Notes: a model not told the origin generated them from the letters alone. DNA of 51,197 nt from Betaproteobacteria bacterium (GCA_020047725.1 JAIFNM010000047.1:1-51197); one strand, 5' to 3'; shown: positions 1-10,378, counted from the stretch's first letter. Made by a program: numbers and translations.

Positions 1-58
1 CCCCAAAAGTGGTGAATTTCATCATCGCCCGAATGACCAACGCATTGGAGTCCATTAA

Positions 59-1204
59 ATGAAAAAAATCGTACGCTTCGGTGTGATTGGCCTCGGTCTC
101 ATGGGACGCGAGTTTGCCAGCGCGGTTGCTCGTTGGTGTCATTTGCTCGATTCGTCAGCACAGCCTCAAATTGTGGGAGTTTGCGATCAGTCGGTTGCTG
201 GATTTGAGTGGTTTCGAAGGAATTTCCCCGGGATTAAGGTCTTCACTAGCGACTACAAAGATCTATTGGCCAATCCGCAGATCGACGCGATCTACTGTGC
301 GGTGCCCCACAATCTGCATGAAAAGATGTATATAGATATCATAAGATCAGGCAAGCACTTACTGGGAGAGAAGCCCTTCGGCATTGATCAGAAAGCCAAT
401 ACGGCAATTCTAGCAGCGATCTCCGAAAACCCTGAAGTGGTCGTCAGATGCTCCTCGGAATTTCCATTTTTCCCTGGTTGCCGCCGATTGCTATCTTGGT
501 TATCTGACCAAGAGTTCGGCCAGATACTGGAGGTGAAAGCTGGGTTCTGCCATTCGAGCGATCTTGATTTGACCAAACCGATCAATTGGAAGCGACAGAT
601 AGCATACAACGGTGAGTACGGGTGTATGGGTGATTTGGGTATGCATGCTCTGCATGTGCCCTTACGTATGGGTTGGGTTCCCGAAACGGTTTATGCCTTG
701 CTATCCAAGCACGTCGATCTTCGACCGGATGGGAAAGGTGGTTCAGTTGCATGTGAGACTTGGGATAACGCGACCTTGGCTTGTCGGGTCAAGGGAGAGG
801 ATGGACATGCGTTCCCCATGATCTTGGAAATGAAACGAATGGCGCCCGGAATGACCAATTCCTGGTATCTCGAGGTCAGCGGCTTGAAAGGCGCTGCGAG
901 ATTCTCAACAGATGATCCACAAGCCTTCCATTATCTGGAGAGCAATGGTCAAGAACAAGCATGGTGTCGGATTGGCGTTGGGTCCAAACCTCAATTCCCC
1001 ACCATTACAGGATCAATTTTCGAATTCGGATTTTCCGACGCAATTTTGCAGATGTGGGCGACTTTTATCGAAGATATCGTTGTAGGTGGGCGATCCGATG
1101 TATTTGATTGTGTGACTCCAGAAGAGACAAGGCTTTCTCATGCCTTGCTGACTGCCGCCTTGATGTCCAATAAATCTGGCAGGGCGGAGGTCGTGTGTAC
1201 CTAA
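59..1204 (+). CDS. Gfo/Idh/MocA family NAD(P)-dependent oxidoreductase
   Basis: Rossmann motif GVIGLGLMG, IDAIYCAVPHNLH, HLLGEKP, GCMGDLGMH; RBS GGAG upstream. Confidence 0.93.
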   Translation: MKKIVRFGVIGLGLMGREFASAVARWCHLLDSSAQPQIVGVCDQSVAGFEWFRRNFPGIKVFTSDYKDLLANPQIDAIYCAVPHNLHEKMYIDIIRSGKHLLGEKPFGIDQKANTAILAAISENPEVVVRCSSEFPFFPGCRRLLSWLSDQEFGQILEVKAGFCHSSDLDLTKPINWKRQIAYNGEYGCMGDLGMHALHVPLRMGWVPETVYALLSKHVDLRPDGKGGSVACETWDNATLACRVKGEDGHAFPMILEMKRMAPGMTNSWYLEVSGLKGAARFSTDDPQAFHYLESNGQEQAWCRIGVGSKPQFPTITGSIFEFGFSDAILQMWATFIEDIVVGGRSDVFDCVTPEETRLSHALLTAALMSNKSGRAEVVCT

Positions 1205-2697
1205 CTTTTGATGTAGGAACATCTTCCGTTAAGACCGCGCTGTTTGACCACAATGGAATCATGCTGCGCAAAGTAGTAAGGGAATATCCTCTTTCCACAC
1301 CATCTGTTGGTTGGTGTGAGGTGCATCCCGATGTGTACTGGAATGCGGTTCGAGAGGGCTTTACGGAGATATTGCGTTCGGCTGACATTGACTCTGCTCA
1401 GATTCAAAGCATCTCAGGATGTAGTCAGGGCGAAACAACCATTTTCCTGGACCAGCAGGGCCAACCGATGTGCCCCGCGATTGTTTGGCTAGATACTCGA
1501 TCGAATGCCGAATCAGATTTCTTGGCACGAGAGATCGATCCCAATATTTTCTACGCAACAACCGGTATCGTCGAAATGAGGCCCGTTTGGTCGTGCTCAA
1601 AAATGCTTTGGCTAAAGCGAAATCACCCTCAGGTTTTTACACGCGCAAGGCATGTCCTTCTTGTCGAAGATTTTATCATCTTCCGCTTGACGGGGCGCTC
1701 AGTGGCAGTACCCTCACTTTGGGCTACGACAGGATTGGTCGATGTTAACAGTGGTACTTGGTGGCCAGAGATGTTGGGATTGCTCGGCATCGAGGGAAAG
1801 CTGCCAGAACTTGTACCAGAGCTTTCGGTTGTCGGGGCAGTTTTGCCCCAGGTTGCGAATGGAATAGGGCTTCCTCTCGCATGCGTGGTAATCAAAGGTT
1901 CGATGGATCAAACGATGGGAGCCGTAGGTGCGTTGAATGTGGCCCCTGGCATTACGACAGAGATAACTGGTTCCGCTCTAGTGCTCGCCGTGAGTGCATG
2001 TTCAAAGGATGTTCAGACCGGTTTGGGATTGCCTTTTCTTCCGCATGTTGTATCTGGTACGCGAATCATCATGCCGTTCATTAAAACCGCCGGTATAGCT
2101 TACAAATGGTTTGCAACAAAGCTTTGTGGTTACGAAGAGACTGAATTGGATTGGGCCTATGAAGACTTGAACCGTTTGGCGGCTACAGTCCCCCCAGCCT
2201 CTGAGGGCTTGATCGTCTTGCCATTTTTCACGGGGGTCGATTTCCCCGATCCAATCCCGGGGGCAACCGGAGTATTTCATGGGTTGACACTAGGTCACGG
2301 AAGGCCTCACATGGCTCGTGCAATTCAGGAGTCAATTGCCTACTTACTTCGGGATATTGTGGAAACAATCGAGGCGGCCGGAATCCCTGTGGATGACATC
2401 CACAGCATGGGCGGTGCCGCACGTTCCGCTGAATGGCTTCAGATCAAGGCTTCGGTGACCGGCAAGCCAATCATCAGGATGACAGAGGAAGAGAGTTCTT
2501 CACTTGGGGCAGCGATTTGCGCTGCAACAGCGCTCGGCGATCACAGTGACATCGCGTCAGCGGGGAAAGCGATGGTTCGTGATGGGGGACGATTTGAACC
2601 GATTCAAAACGACAAAGCCCTCTATGAGAAGGCATTTTGTAAATTCAAGAGTCTGCGTAGCAATTTGTTTGAAGCTGGAAACCAAATAGGAGACTAA
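1195..2697 (+). CDS. FGGY family carbohydrate kinase (xylulokinase-like)
   Basis: DVGTSSVKTALFD, PAIVWLDTRS, GSMDQ, MGGAARS, SSLGAA; overlaps the upstream stop. Confidence 0.93.
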   Translation: MYLTFDVGTSSVKTALFDHNGIMLRKVVREYPLSTPSVGWCEVHPDVYWNAVREGFTEILRSADIDSAQIQSISGCSQGETTIFLDQQGQPMCPAIVWLDTRSNAESDFLAREIDPNIFYATTGIVEMRPVWSCSKMLWLKRNHPQVFTRARHVLLVEDFIIFRLTGRSVAVPSLWATTGLVDVNSGTWWPEMLGLLGIEGKLPELVPELSVVGAVLPQVANGIGLPLACVVIKGSMDQTMGAVGALNVAPGITTEITGSALVLAVSACSKDVQTGLGLPFLPHVVSGTRIIMPFIKTAGIAYKWFATKLCGYEETELDWAYEDLNRLAATVPPASEGLIVLPFFTGVDFPDPIPGATGVFHGLTLGHGRPHMARAIQESIAYLLRDIVETIEAAGIPVDDIHSMGGAARSAEWLQIKASVTGKPIIRMTEEESSSLGAAICAATALGDHSDIASAGKAMVRDGGRFEPIQNDKALYEKAFCKFKSLRSNLFEAGNQIGD

Positions 2698-2700
2698 TCA

Positions 2701-4056
2701 ATGGAAAACTTGACAGCCGGGTATGTTTCGTTTGGCACTATGTACTATGAACCAGAACGCTTGGCCGCAATTAGCTTACGTTCTGAAAGTCAACTCACAG
2801 CGGCAGGATTGACCCTGATAAGAACTGATCCCGTTTCGGGAGAAGGGGCAGAGCCCGAGCGGGCAATCCGCGAGCTTAAATCAGCCAACTGGGACTTTCT
2901 AATCGTAAACGTTCTCAATTGGATCGAGGTTCGAGGTGTGACAAGGGTTTTACTGGAATTTCGTGACAAGCCCATGGTTCTTTACTCTTCGGGTGGTTTT
3001 ACTGAAAACGGAGTTTTGATTTGTCCTGCAGCGGGCGCAGGAACCACCACCCTTCGCTATCCCATGGAGCAATGGGGAATCAAGTTTGTGTACCTCTACA
3101 ACCCACCTGATTCCCCTATGGATGTAGATGGCATTTTGAAATTCGGTCGGGCGGCTCGTGCAGTAAGGCAACTGAAACAATCCCGGCTTGGAATGCTCGG
3201 ATATAACGACATGGGGCTGTACACCACTGGCATTAATCCAACCAAGCTGAGAAGTGCCATTGGGCCCGAAGTTGAGAGTGTCGACCTACTGCAACTCCAG
3301 AAAGCGTATGAGAGCCTCGATCCTAGTGAAGTGAAAAGTGAAACTGCTGCTTTGACTAAGACTTGGGAGTATCCCTTGGGTAAGCCAGCAGATGAGGTAA
3401 TTGAGCGTGCTATTGGAATGTTCCTCGCAACAATGAAGCTGATCAAGGAGAAGGGATTCTCTGCGTTTAGCTACAAGTGTGTTGATGGTTTTGACCTGCT
3501 TATGGGGGCTACCCATGCGGTTCCGTCGTCCTTGATAGCCTCGGCTGGAATTCCCTACTGCGATGAAAATGATCTTGGCAATCTTACGGCCGAGCTCATG
3601 ATGAAATTCCTCACGGAGCAGCAGACCATGTTCCTTGAAATTTACGACTTTCATCCGGAGTGGATACTTCTGGGCGAAGACGGATATGTGGCAGACGATT
3701 TTATCGAAGGGAAACCTCAAATCAAAGGGGTATCGACGCTACTCCTTGACGGGATTGCTCACTGCTCTCGGATGAAGAAAGAACGCATGACTCTTGCCTG
3801 CTTGTCCGAAGACAAGGAAGGGTACCGCATGCATTTGGTTTCGGGGGTCGGCAAAGAACCTCCACAGTGGGTAGAAATGGGGGTTCCTCTTCCTTCGTGG
3901 CCCAGCGTCGAATTCCACCCAGATCGCCCAGTTCGCCGGATTTTGGACCATGTTCAATCGCAGCATTTCGCGACGGTAATGGGTGACCATATAGCGGAAC
4001 TGCGTCATCTGTGCTTCTTATTGGATATCAAGGTAATCGACGATGCAAGGGAGTGA
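2701..4056 (+). CDS. L-fucose/L-arabinose isomerase-like protein
   Basis: 451 aa; CDENDLG metal-ligand motif, RMTLACL, SQHFATVMGDH..ELRHLCFLLDI C-terminus typical of the FucI/AraA superfamily. Confidence 0.75.
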   Translation: MENLTAGYVSFGTMYYEPERLAAISLRSESQLTAAGLTLIRTDPVSGEGAEPERAIRELKSANWDFLIVNVLNWIEVRGVTRVLLEFRDKPMVLYSSGGFTENGVLICPAAGAGTTTLRYPMEQWGIKFVYLYNPPDSPMDVDGILKFGRAARAVRQLKQSRLGMLGYNDMGLYTTGINPTKLRSAIGPEVESVDLLQLQKAYESLDPSEVKSETAALTKTWEYPLGKPADEVIERAIGMFLATMKLIKEKGFSAFSYKCVDGFDLLMGATHAVPSSLIASAGIPYCDENDLGNLTAELMMKFLTEQQTMFLEIYDFHPEWILLGEDGYVADDFIEGKPQIKGVSTLLLDGIAHCSRMKKERMTLACLSEDKEGYRMHLVSGVGKEPPQWVEMGVPLPSWPSVEFHPDRPVRRILDHVQSQHFATVMGDHIAELRHLCFLLDIKVIDDARE

Positions 4057-4693
4057 ATCCACGATATGCCTCATGCGGAAGACCATCGACGTTGCCGCTT
4101 CAAAGATCCTCTACTCAGAAGCTTTTAACGAAGAAAATCTGAAGACACGGTGGCATGCTTACAGCGGCGAGTGGGGAGTAGATGCCGATGGGTGGCTCGC
4201 AGGAAAGAACCCAGAGAATTTTGCTGCTATGGTTGTCTCGAAGGAGTCGTATTTTGGCAATGTGATGGTTGAGTTCGAGGCCCGTACGGTTCTTCCATCA
4301 ACCCATGATATCAACTTTATGTGGAATGGGTCATGGGATGAGGTCTCAAATAAACGTGATGTCGGCTACGTAGCAGGACTCCAGGGATGGTGGGAAGGGA
4401 AAGTGGGAATAGAAAAGTCTCCCGACTACAAGCTTAACGTTGCTACGCCCCTTCTTGATTTTGTTCCAGGGAAAACCTATTTCATCCAAGGAGGCAGTAT
4501 CGATGGACACTGTTTTATCTGCGCCGATGGAAAATTGCTTCTAGAAGTAACTGATCCAGATCCTATTGATTCAAGCGAGTTCGGGAAAGTGGGGTTTGAA
4601 GCCTACTGTACGCAGATTCAGATCAGGAACGTCCGGATCCGGGAAATACATTGGACACCGCAAACGCAATACTACATGCCAGAATTTGAGTAG
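4043..4693 (+). CDS. Hypothetical ConA-like beta-sandwich protein (DUF1080/YesU-like)
   Basis: 216 aa; GEWGVD.DGWLAG, NVMVEFEAR, C-terminal GKVGFEAY..QIQIRNVRI pattern; translationally coupled to the isomerase. Confidence 0.6.
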   Translation: MQGSESTICLMRKTIDVAASKILYSEAFNEENLKTRWHAYSGEWGVDADGWLAGKNPENFAAMVVSKESYFGNVMVEFEARTVLPSTHDINFMWNGSWDEVSNKRDVGYVAGLQGWWEGKVGIEKSPDYKLNVATPLLDFVPGKTYFIQGGSIDGHCFICADGKLLLEVTDPDPIDSSEFGKVGFEAYCTQIQIRNVRIREIHWTPQTQYYMPEFE

Positions 4694-4739
4694 CGAAATG
4701 CTGTAGTGATGAAATTAGATGTTGTTGTAGTAAGACCGT

Positions 4740-4904
4740 TGCTTGCTTAACAATCTGGTGCCGACACTCTGAAGAATGCCAATGTTGTGTTGCGGCTTGT
4801 GCGGTTAGAATCGCTTGAATGGTTGCCTGTTGTGCATGCGTAATGGTGATCTTCAGACGGGTCTGACCGCCATGCCGGATCTGCGTGGCGACATTGAAAT
4901 CCAC
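4740..4904 (-). pseudogene. Possible C-terminal remnant of an IS1380-like transposase
   Basis: Translation VATQIRHGGQTRLKITITHAQQATIQAILT resembles the RQTRHAGQTTLTITSTH segment of IS1380-type transposases as I recall it; boundaries approximate. Confidence 0.35.
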
Positions 4905-5227
4905 TGCTGAGTAGTTGACCTACGCTAGGCGTCTGTGCGCAATCAACACTCGCGCCTTCGCTAAAATCTGCTCCGAACCACCGGCCATCGTCAAACTTGC
5001 CTCTAGTTGCGGGTGATCTATCCTGACAAATACTATGCGATAGTTTTACGCCGAAACCATTATATTGACATTTTCGAAGGCAGCGCTTCGTGTCCTCAAA
5101 ATTTTGGCTGACACATGGACACTCCCTTCATTCCCCCTGCCCCCAGACCGAGTTCGTCATCGGAATACGGCGGATTTCAAAGTTCGGAAAAAACCTTATG
5201 CGCACCCCAAGTTGGTGCTGATGCTAG

Positions 5228-6154
5228 TCATTTTAGTGGTATGTGTGTTTTTTTAACAACCGGATAAGCACGATTATCTAACGTGCCTTCAGCATACGGA
5301 CAAACCGTCGCAACCACTTTCCAGAAAGCCTCAACAATTAAACCCGCCTTCTCTGGAGGGCGCACTAACCCAACCGTCCACTCTGTAAGTGGGTCATTGA
5401 AATGTATCTGTCTTAACCCTTGCCGATCATCACAGATTGAGGATGGAACCATTGCCCATCCCACCCCGGCTTCAACTAAAGCGAGTGCGGTAGAAAAATC
5501 TGAGGCGGTCTGGACTGTATGCACATATAACCCACGGCGGGTCAAGTAGCTCATCATATGATCATGAAATGCTGGAGATTGAGAACGATCAATCATTACA
5601 AATGGCTCTTTAACCAATTCTTCCAGCGATGATTTTTCAGAGATTTCACTGGGAAGAATAGCTAGTAACGAGTCTTCGAGCACAGGCAAAGTAGGCCAAC
5701 CATTTGGAGCGGGCAATCTACAGAAACCGACATCCAGAACGTCGTTCTTCATGGCTTCAATCTGGTGGCGAGCCGACATTTCGCGAAGTTCAATCTGTAC
5801 GTGCGGCATTGTGGCTCTGAAAGCAGCAATCGCTTTCGGTGCAATAGCTTTTGACGTAAGGCCAAAACCGATTCGGAGAATTCCCAGTACACCTTGAGCG
5901 GCTAGTTGAGCTCGATGACTAAGACGGTTTGCGCTTTCAACGATTTTTTTTGCATCCGCATGAGTCACTCGTCCGAGTGGGGTTAAGCGTGTAAGCCGGG
6001 GACATCGCTCGAACAAGGCGCCTCCGAACTCGCTCTCGAGTCGTTGAATCTGCTTGGTTAGTGCAGATTGGGTGATGTGCAGACGTTCTGCACTTATTCG
6101 AAAATGGAGGACATCACCAAGAAGTGCAAAGGCCCTGAGATCGCGCAGCTCCAT
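5228..6154 (-). CDS. LysR family transcriptional regulator
   Basis: MELRDLRAF..LHFRISAERLHITQSALTKQIQRLE HTH; RBS GGAGG before the ATG at 6154. Confidence 0.93.
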   Translation of the reverse strand: MELRDLRAFALLGDVLHFRISAERLHITQSALTKQIQRLESEFGGALFERCPRLTRLTPLGRVTHADAKKIVESANRLSHRAQLAAQGVLGILRIGFGLTSKAIAPKAIAAFRATMPHVQIELREMSARHQIEAMKNDVLDVGFCRLPAPNGWPTLPVLEDSLLAILPSEISEKSSLEELVKEPFVMIDRSQSPAFHDHMMSYLTRRGLYVHTVQTASDFSTALALVEAGVGWAMVPSSICDDRQGLRQIHFNDPLTEWTVGLVRPPEKAGLIVEAFWKVVATVCPYAEGTLDNRAYPVVKKTHIPLK

Positions 6155-6322
6155 AATTCCTCCAAAGATATTCCTAACCACCGGTATTGTCGGGATTGCT
6201 GCTAGTATGAACCGCGAGAAACAATTGACCGCTTAGCTTAGCATTGCGTGTAGTCACCTAACAAAGAACACTTTTTAGCCAACGCAGCATCTTGATCAGC
6301 GCTTGACGGGGGGCGGTGTTCG

Positions 6323-7501
6323 CTACTGCAAAACAGCTTCAAGAACCAGTCTTTCAATCGGATCATCTGAGTGCAAATCAGCCACCAGAGACAATGCTTC
6401 CTTTGTTCCTACGGTTGAGATGGTGGATTGGAATTCAGCGTCTGCGACACTTACCTGGCCTCTTTCATCCTGCGCCTGGAATCCAAGCGCTGCACGCGCT
6501 GCCAGCGCGATCTTCGAGAATGGTAAGCCTTGACGCGCTGCTAACAAGCAGGCGCCGACAAGGCGGTCGTTATGGGCTAGCTTGCGCCCAAGATCCCGTC
6601 CTACACGATAAATAGTATCCCCGAGAGCTCGGTTGCCGTAACGCCCCAACAAATCTGCGGCGTGCTCATCAAGTTGTTCTCTAGTGAAATCGCTTGGATA
6701 GAAATGACAAAGCGCTTCAGCGCTTTGTCCTAGGGCGCCACGCACATTATTGACCACTTCAGGCAAATCCATGACTTCCCAAAGATAACGCAGGTTTGGA
6801 TTAGCCTGATAACCAAGATAAGCGAGAGCGGCGTGGCTCATGTTGTGCATGAACAGCTTGCGGTCAACATAGGCAGTTATGTTATCAACTGGTTTGAGCC
6901 CTGATAGCAGCGGGAGCGGGTTCCGGAAGCCGTGAGCGTCAACAATAAGTTGGTCGTAAGGTTCTGCAAAAAGCTGAAGAGCGTCGGCCGCTAGGGCGTA
7001 CTCAGGCATGATTGGGACCATCTTGCCGATGCTTGTCTCTATCAGTCCCACAGAATTGCTTAAATCGAAATCTTCGGGTAAATGGCCTGCCAAAGCTTCA
7101 CGGAAAAAATCCGCTGCAGCACGCAGATTCTCAGCAATAATCACATCGAGTGGACAGCATCCTGCGTGTTTTCGGGCTAGTATCCCTTGCGCTAAAACTT
7201 TCAGAATCGAACCAAGCGCTCGTTGCCCAACGGATGTGGCAACAATATCGGCGTCGACGAGAGCTTGAATTACGGCACTTGTGTCGCGACCGTTGATGGC
7301 TCGAATGCCTTTAACCAAAATTACGTTATCAACTTGCCCCGATTGCTTGACAACTACCGGATAAGAGCGACGCTCATTAAGGCGATTTATCAGACTCGTA
7401 TCGATATCAACAAAGATCACCTCGTAGCCGGCTTCGAAGAACTGTCGACCGACGAACGACCGGCCGATATTTCCGGCCCCAAATTGTACAAAGACACCCA
7501 C
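6323..7501 (-). CDS. Mannitol-1-phosphate 5-dehydrogenase family (MtlD-like) polyol-phosphate dehydrogenase
   Basis: QFGAGNIGRSF, IIAEN, IGKMVP, RKLFMHNMSHA, RVGRDLGRKLAHNDRL. Confidence 0.88.
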   Translation of the reverse strand: MGVFVQFGAGNIGRSFVGRQFFEAGYEVIFVDIDTSLINRLNERRSYPVVVKQSGQVDNVILVKGIRAINGRDTSAVIQALVDADIVATSVGQRALGSILKVLAQGILARKHAGCCPLDVIIAENLRAAADFFREALAGHLPEDFDLSNSVGLIETSIGKMVPIMPEYALAADALQLFAEPYDQLIVDAHGFRNPLPLLSGLKPVDNITAYVDRKLFMHNMSHAALAYLGYQANPNLRYLWEVMDLPEVVNNVRGALGQSAEALCHFYPSDFTREQLDEHAADLLGRYGNRALGDTIYRVGRDLGRKLAHNDRLVGACLLAARQGLPFSKIALAARAALGFQAQDERGQVSVADAEFQSTISTVGTKEALSLVADLHSDDPIERLVLEAVLQ

Positions 7502-8299
7502 AAAAAGCCCCTTCTGGTTATTAATTTGTAATCGACTTTGCCAACTTGAGTTAGAAAAATCGGTACGTGATAAAGGCTACAATCCTAGCCACCTGGCCGC
7601 TGAGACTTTTCCCAAAGTTTCCTAATAATCGAGCTCCTTTTCGTCTGATATGAAGCACAGAAGAATCCTACTGACGATCCATTCTGTCTAATGAATTAAA
7701 TTGCATGACTTGATTCCAAACAGGAAAGTGGTTTCTAAAATCTGGAATTGCCCGATTCCGATGATATGATCTTCGAGAATTTGGCAGGCGGATATAGGAG
7801 AGATTACGTGGATGACATCAGCCAGCTTTAATCCATCGGCTGCATGTGCTTACAGAGTATCTTTCGCAGTAGTGGAAGAAAATGGATTGCCACCGATTAA
7901 CCGTCAAGTAGTAATCGGGCACGCCATGCTAGGCCCCGTAGAAGAGTCGGCTAAGGTCGGGAATATCCAGTCCATTGAAATTCAGTTTGGTTCTTTCCCG
8001 CAGGCGAAGAACGGCTTGATTTTGCCGCGCTCTGGCTTTGTTTTCTTCGACACGTGGATGGTGATGCTTACTAGCCAAGGGGGCGTTTGGAGCTGCTGGC
8101 CAAGTAACTGACGCTACACTCGGCATGCATCCCACCCAGTCCGGGCAAGTTCCTGGGTGCGGGCTATCTGCAAACGTTACCGCCCATTTCGTCATCACCA
8201 TCTCCTCGTGTAAATAACGATTTGAAAACAAGAGGTGTACTTTTTTGATTGGAAATTCAGAAAAATTGGCACAGGCAATCACTATGGGCACTTCTGGAA

Positions 8300-8443
8300 T
8301 ACAGGTTGTATTATGGGGTAGTGCGCTCGACCAACTCAGTTTTCAACTGATTCAAAAATGACCTCGCAACCCACTTTAGAAAAGTGCTTTCCGATGACGG
8401 TTTGACCGATATTCCAAGCGCCAAATTGAATGAAGGTTTTCAT
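8300..8443 (-). pseudogene. Decayed 5' fragment of a second MtlD-like gene
   Basis: MKTFIQFGAWNIGQTVIGKHFSKVGCEVIF aligns with MGVFVQFGAGNIGRSFVGRQFFEAGYEVIF of 6323..7501; ATG overlaps the PfkB stop (ATGA); stop/frameshift at about 8338. Confidence 0.7.
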
Positions 8444-9612
8444 TGGAAATAGGCATTGAGGTAGGGCTGCATTAGTTTTCGTTTTTGCTCGGGATGCAAC
8501 TCGAAGAAAACACCTCCCATCTGAAAACAGGCCAAGCCCCCGCTGACTGCACCCCAAGCAACAGCTTTGGCAAGATCTATCCGAGCTTGCCTGGACTCAA
8601 GCTGATGCGCCACTTCTGCAATCACCCCGCCGGCGAAGTTGTCTCCGCAACCCGTGGTATCTCCTTTTCGCTCGGGATGCTCGATCAGTTCTGCTACGAT
8701 AGATTGCGATACAGGGAAGCGACTGTTTGATTGGGGTACGTATAAATCACAACCGATTTTGAGCGCAACGTCTCTAGAGCCGTTGGTAACGATGGCGGCC
8801 CCAACGCCCTGTTTTATGAAGAAATTCAGAGCGTCATCAAGCGCTTCTGTTCCGGACAAGCGAAGAGCCTCTTCCAAATCAGCGATCAATAGATCGATGG
8901 ACGAATAGCTTTTGTCGCTAGAACCCAAGGGCCATCGCGAGAGAGGATTTTGCCGCTGATGACGGAAATCGTACACGGTATTTACAACGGTGAAGGCGCC
9001 TGTACTCTTGGCCTGGAGCACTAGTTGATCCAGCGAGTCATGGAGTTGGGGAACAAGTGCGGTTCCACCAAAGACCACCATGTTCGCTTTGAAAAAGCCC
9101 ACATCCAGATCTTCCGAACTTAATTGTCCTGCAGCACCGATGGTATTGATGAAAGTGCGCTCGCCACGTCCTTGGTCAAAAGTGGGGTCGGATAAAACCA
9201 CAGTGCGCGGCGTTCGCCCCGCCTTTTTCAACAAGCCGGCAGAACCTAGAGGAGTACGATCTATTTGCCGGCAAAGTTCGGCTCCTTCGGCGTCTTCGCC
9301 GATTGCGCCGATAAACCTGACATGGAATCGACTCGAGTCCAGTATCTGAGCTGCGTGAATTAAAGCAACGACAGCCGGTCCCCCAATATTTACCATATCG
9401 ACGGGTTTTCCCGACGTTATTTCTTGGAGCACTGACTCCAAATCGCAGTCGATAAATGACTCAAAATCTTCTGTGAAAACCAGCTTTCCGGGTAGCAATC
9501 CTCCATCGCCTTCAAGGCGAGACCGATAGGCCCCGAAAGCGGAAGAAGTAAAATCAACTCGGGCATAGATGTAGTCAAGAAGGCAACAACCAATTCCAGC
9601 TATGGTAAACAT
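8440..9612 (-). CDS. PfkB family carbohydrate kinase
   Basis: NIGGPA, IGAIGEDAEG, GERTFI, DTTGCGDNFAGG PfkB signature. Confidence 0.92.
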   Translation of the reverse strand: MFTIAGIGCCLLDYIYARVDFTSSAFGAYRSRLEGDGGLLPGKLVFTEDFESFIDCDLESVLQEITSGKPVDMVNIGGPAVVALIHAAQILDSSRFHVRFIGAIGEDAEGAELCRQIDRTPLGSAGLLKKAGRTPRTVVLSDPTFDQGRGERTFINTIGAAGQLSSEDLDVGFFKANMVVFGGTALVPQLHDSLDQLVLQAKSTGAFTVVNTVYDFRHQRQNPLSRWPLGSSDKSYSSIDLLIADLEEALRLSGTEALDDALNFFIKQGVGAAIVTNGSRDVALKIGCDLYVPQSNSRFPVSQSIVAELIEHPERKGDTTGCGDNFAGGVIAEVAHQLESRQARIDLAKAVAWGAVSGGLACFQMGGVFFELHPEQKRKLMQPYLNAYFQ

Positions 9613-9624
9613 CGGGTTTCGTTC

Positions 9625-10287
9625 TTATCGAATTGGATAGTCGGACACTAGGCGGCGCCACGGAGCAACGTCTTCGACAATGCTCGGAAAACGACCTATA
9701 GATTCGAAAAAGCGATTGTCGGCGTGGTCGTCATTCACCTCGCTAACCTCGCCCACAAGAGTTCGGCCTTCGGCATAAAATCGATGGTACAAGCCTCGAG
9801 TCAGACATATGCTCTCACCGGGCGACAACCTTACCTCACCCCCAGAATCGATAGTCCGATCCATGCCATCGATATTGACACTAACGGGTGTCGTGGCTTT
9901 CCCTTCGGTTTCATCAGAATTCCACAACTGGAGAACAAGTATTCCGCCCCCGCGATTGATGATGTCCTCGGTCTTCTTATAGTGAAAGTGAGCAGGTGTT
10001 TCCTGGCCGCTCTCAACGATCATGATCTTCTCGGCGTACTTCTTTGTCTGTTTTCCAGGTTTTCCGTTACGTAGCGTAAAGAGAGTCAAACCCCGCTTCG
10101 CAAAATTGCCAGAACCAAAGTCAGTGATATCCCAGCCCAACTGGCAGTCAAATATCTCCTGGTAATTAACGGCCGATTGTTTCCAGTGATCTTCTGTCCA
10201 GTCAGCCAAAGGGGGGAGCTTAAACTGATGGAGATTCAAAAAAGCTCGGGCCGACTGCAAGATCTGGTTAGTTTGACTTCGTTTCAT
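9625..10287 (-). CDS. D-lyxose/D-mannose family sugar isomerase (cupin, DUF1498)
   Basis: LGWDITDFGSG.F...GLTLFTLRNG, YAEKIM, PAHFH.KK.EDIINRGGG, LVGEVSEVNDD..DNRF. Confidence 0.92.
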   Translation of the reverse strand: MKRSQTNQILQSARAFLNLHQFKLPPLADWTEDHWKQSAVNYQEIFDCQLGWDITDFGSGNFAKRGLTLFTLRNGKPGKQTKKYAEKIMIVESGQETPAHFHYKKTEDIINRGGGILVLQLWNSDETEGKATTPVSVNIDGMDRTIDSGGEVRLSPGESICLTRGLYHRFYAEGRTLVGEVSEVNDDHADNRFFESIGRFPSIVEDVAPWRRLVSDYPIR

Positions 10288-10313
10288 AGAAATTCCTCAG
10301 ATTCAAAATTTAG

Positions 10314-10349
10314 CGAAACAAAAGCTAACCTAGGTTAGCTTTTGTTTCG
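10314..10349. promoter_or_regulatory. Perfect 36-bp palindrome, probable repressor operator (candidate site for the adjacent LacI)
   Basis: CGAAACAAAAGCTAACCTAGGTTAGCTTTTGTTTCG, immediately downstream of a minus-strand -10; core repeated at 16099. Confidence 0.75.
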
Positions 10350-10378
10350 AGGATATCGCCGACTATCCAATTTGTCAA
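10350..10378 (-). promoter_or_regulatory. Sigma70-type promoter for the isomerase-kinase operon
   Basis: Minus strand TTGACA (10378-10373), 17 bp spacer, TATCCT (10355-10350). Confidence 0.65.
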
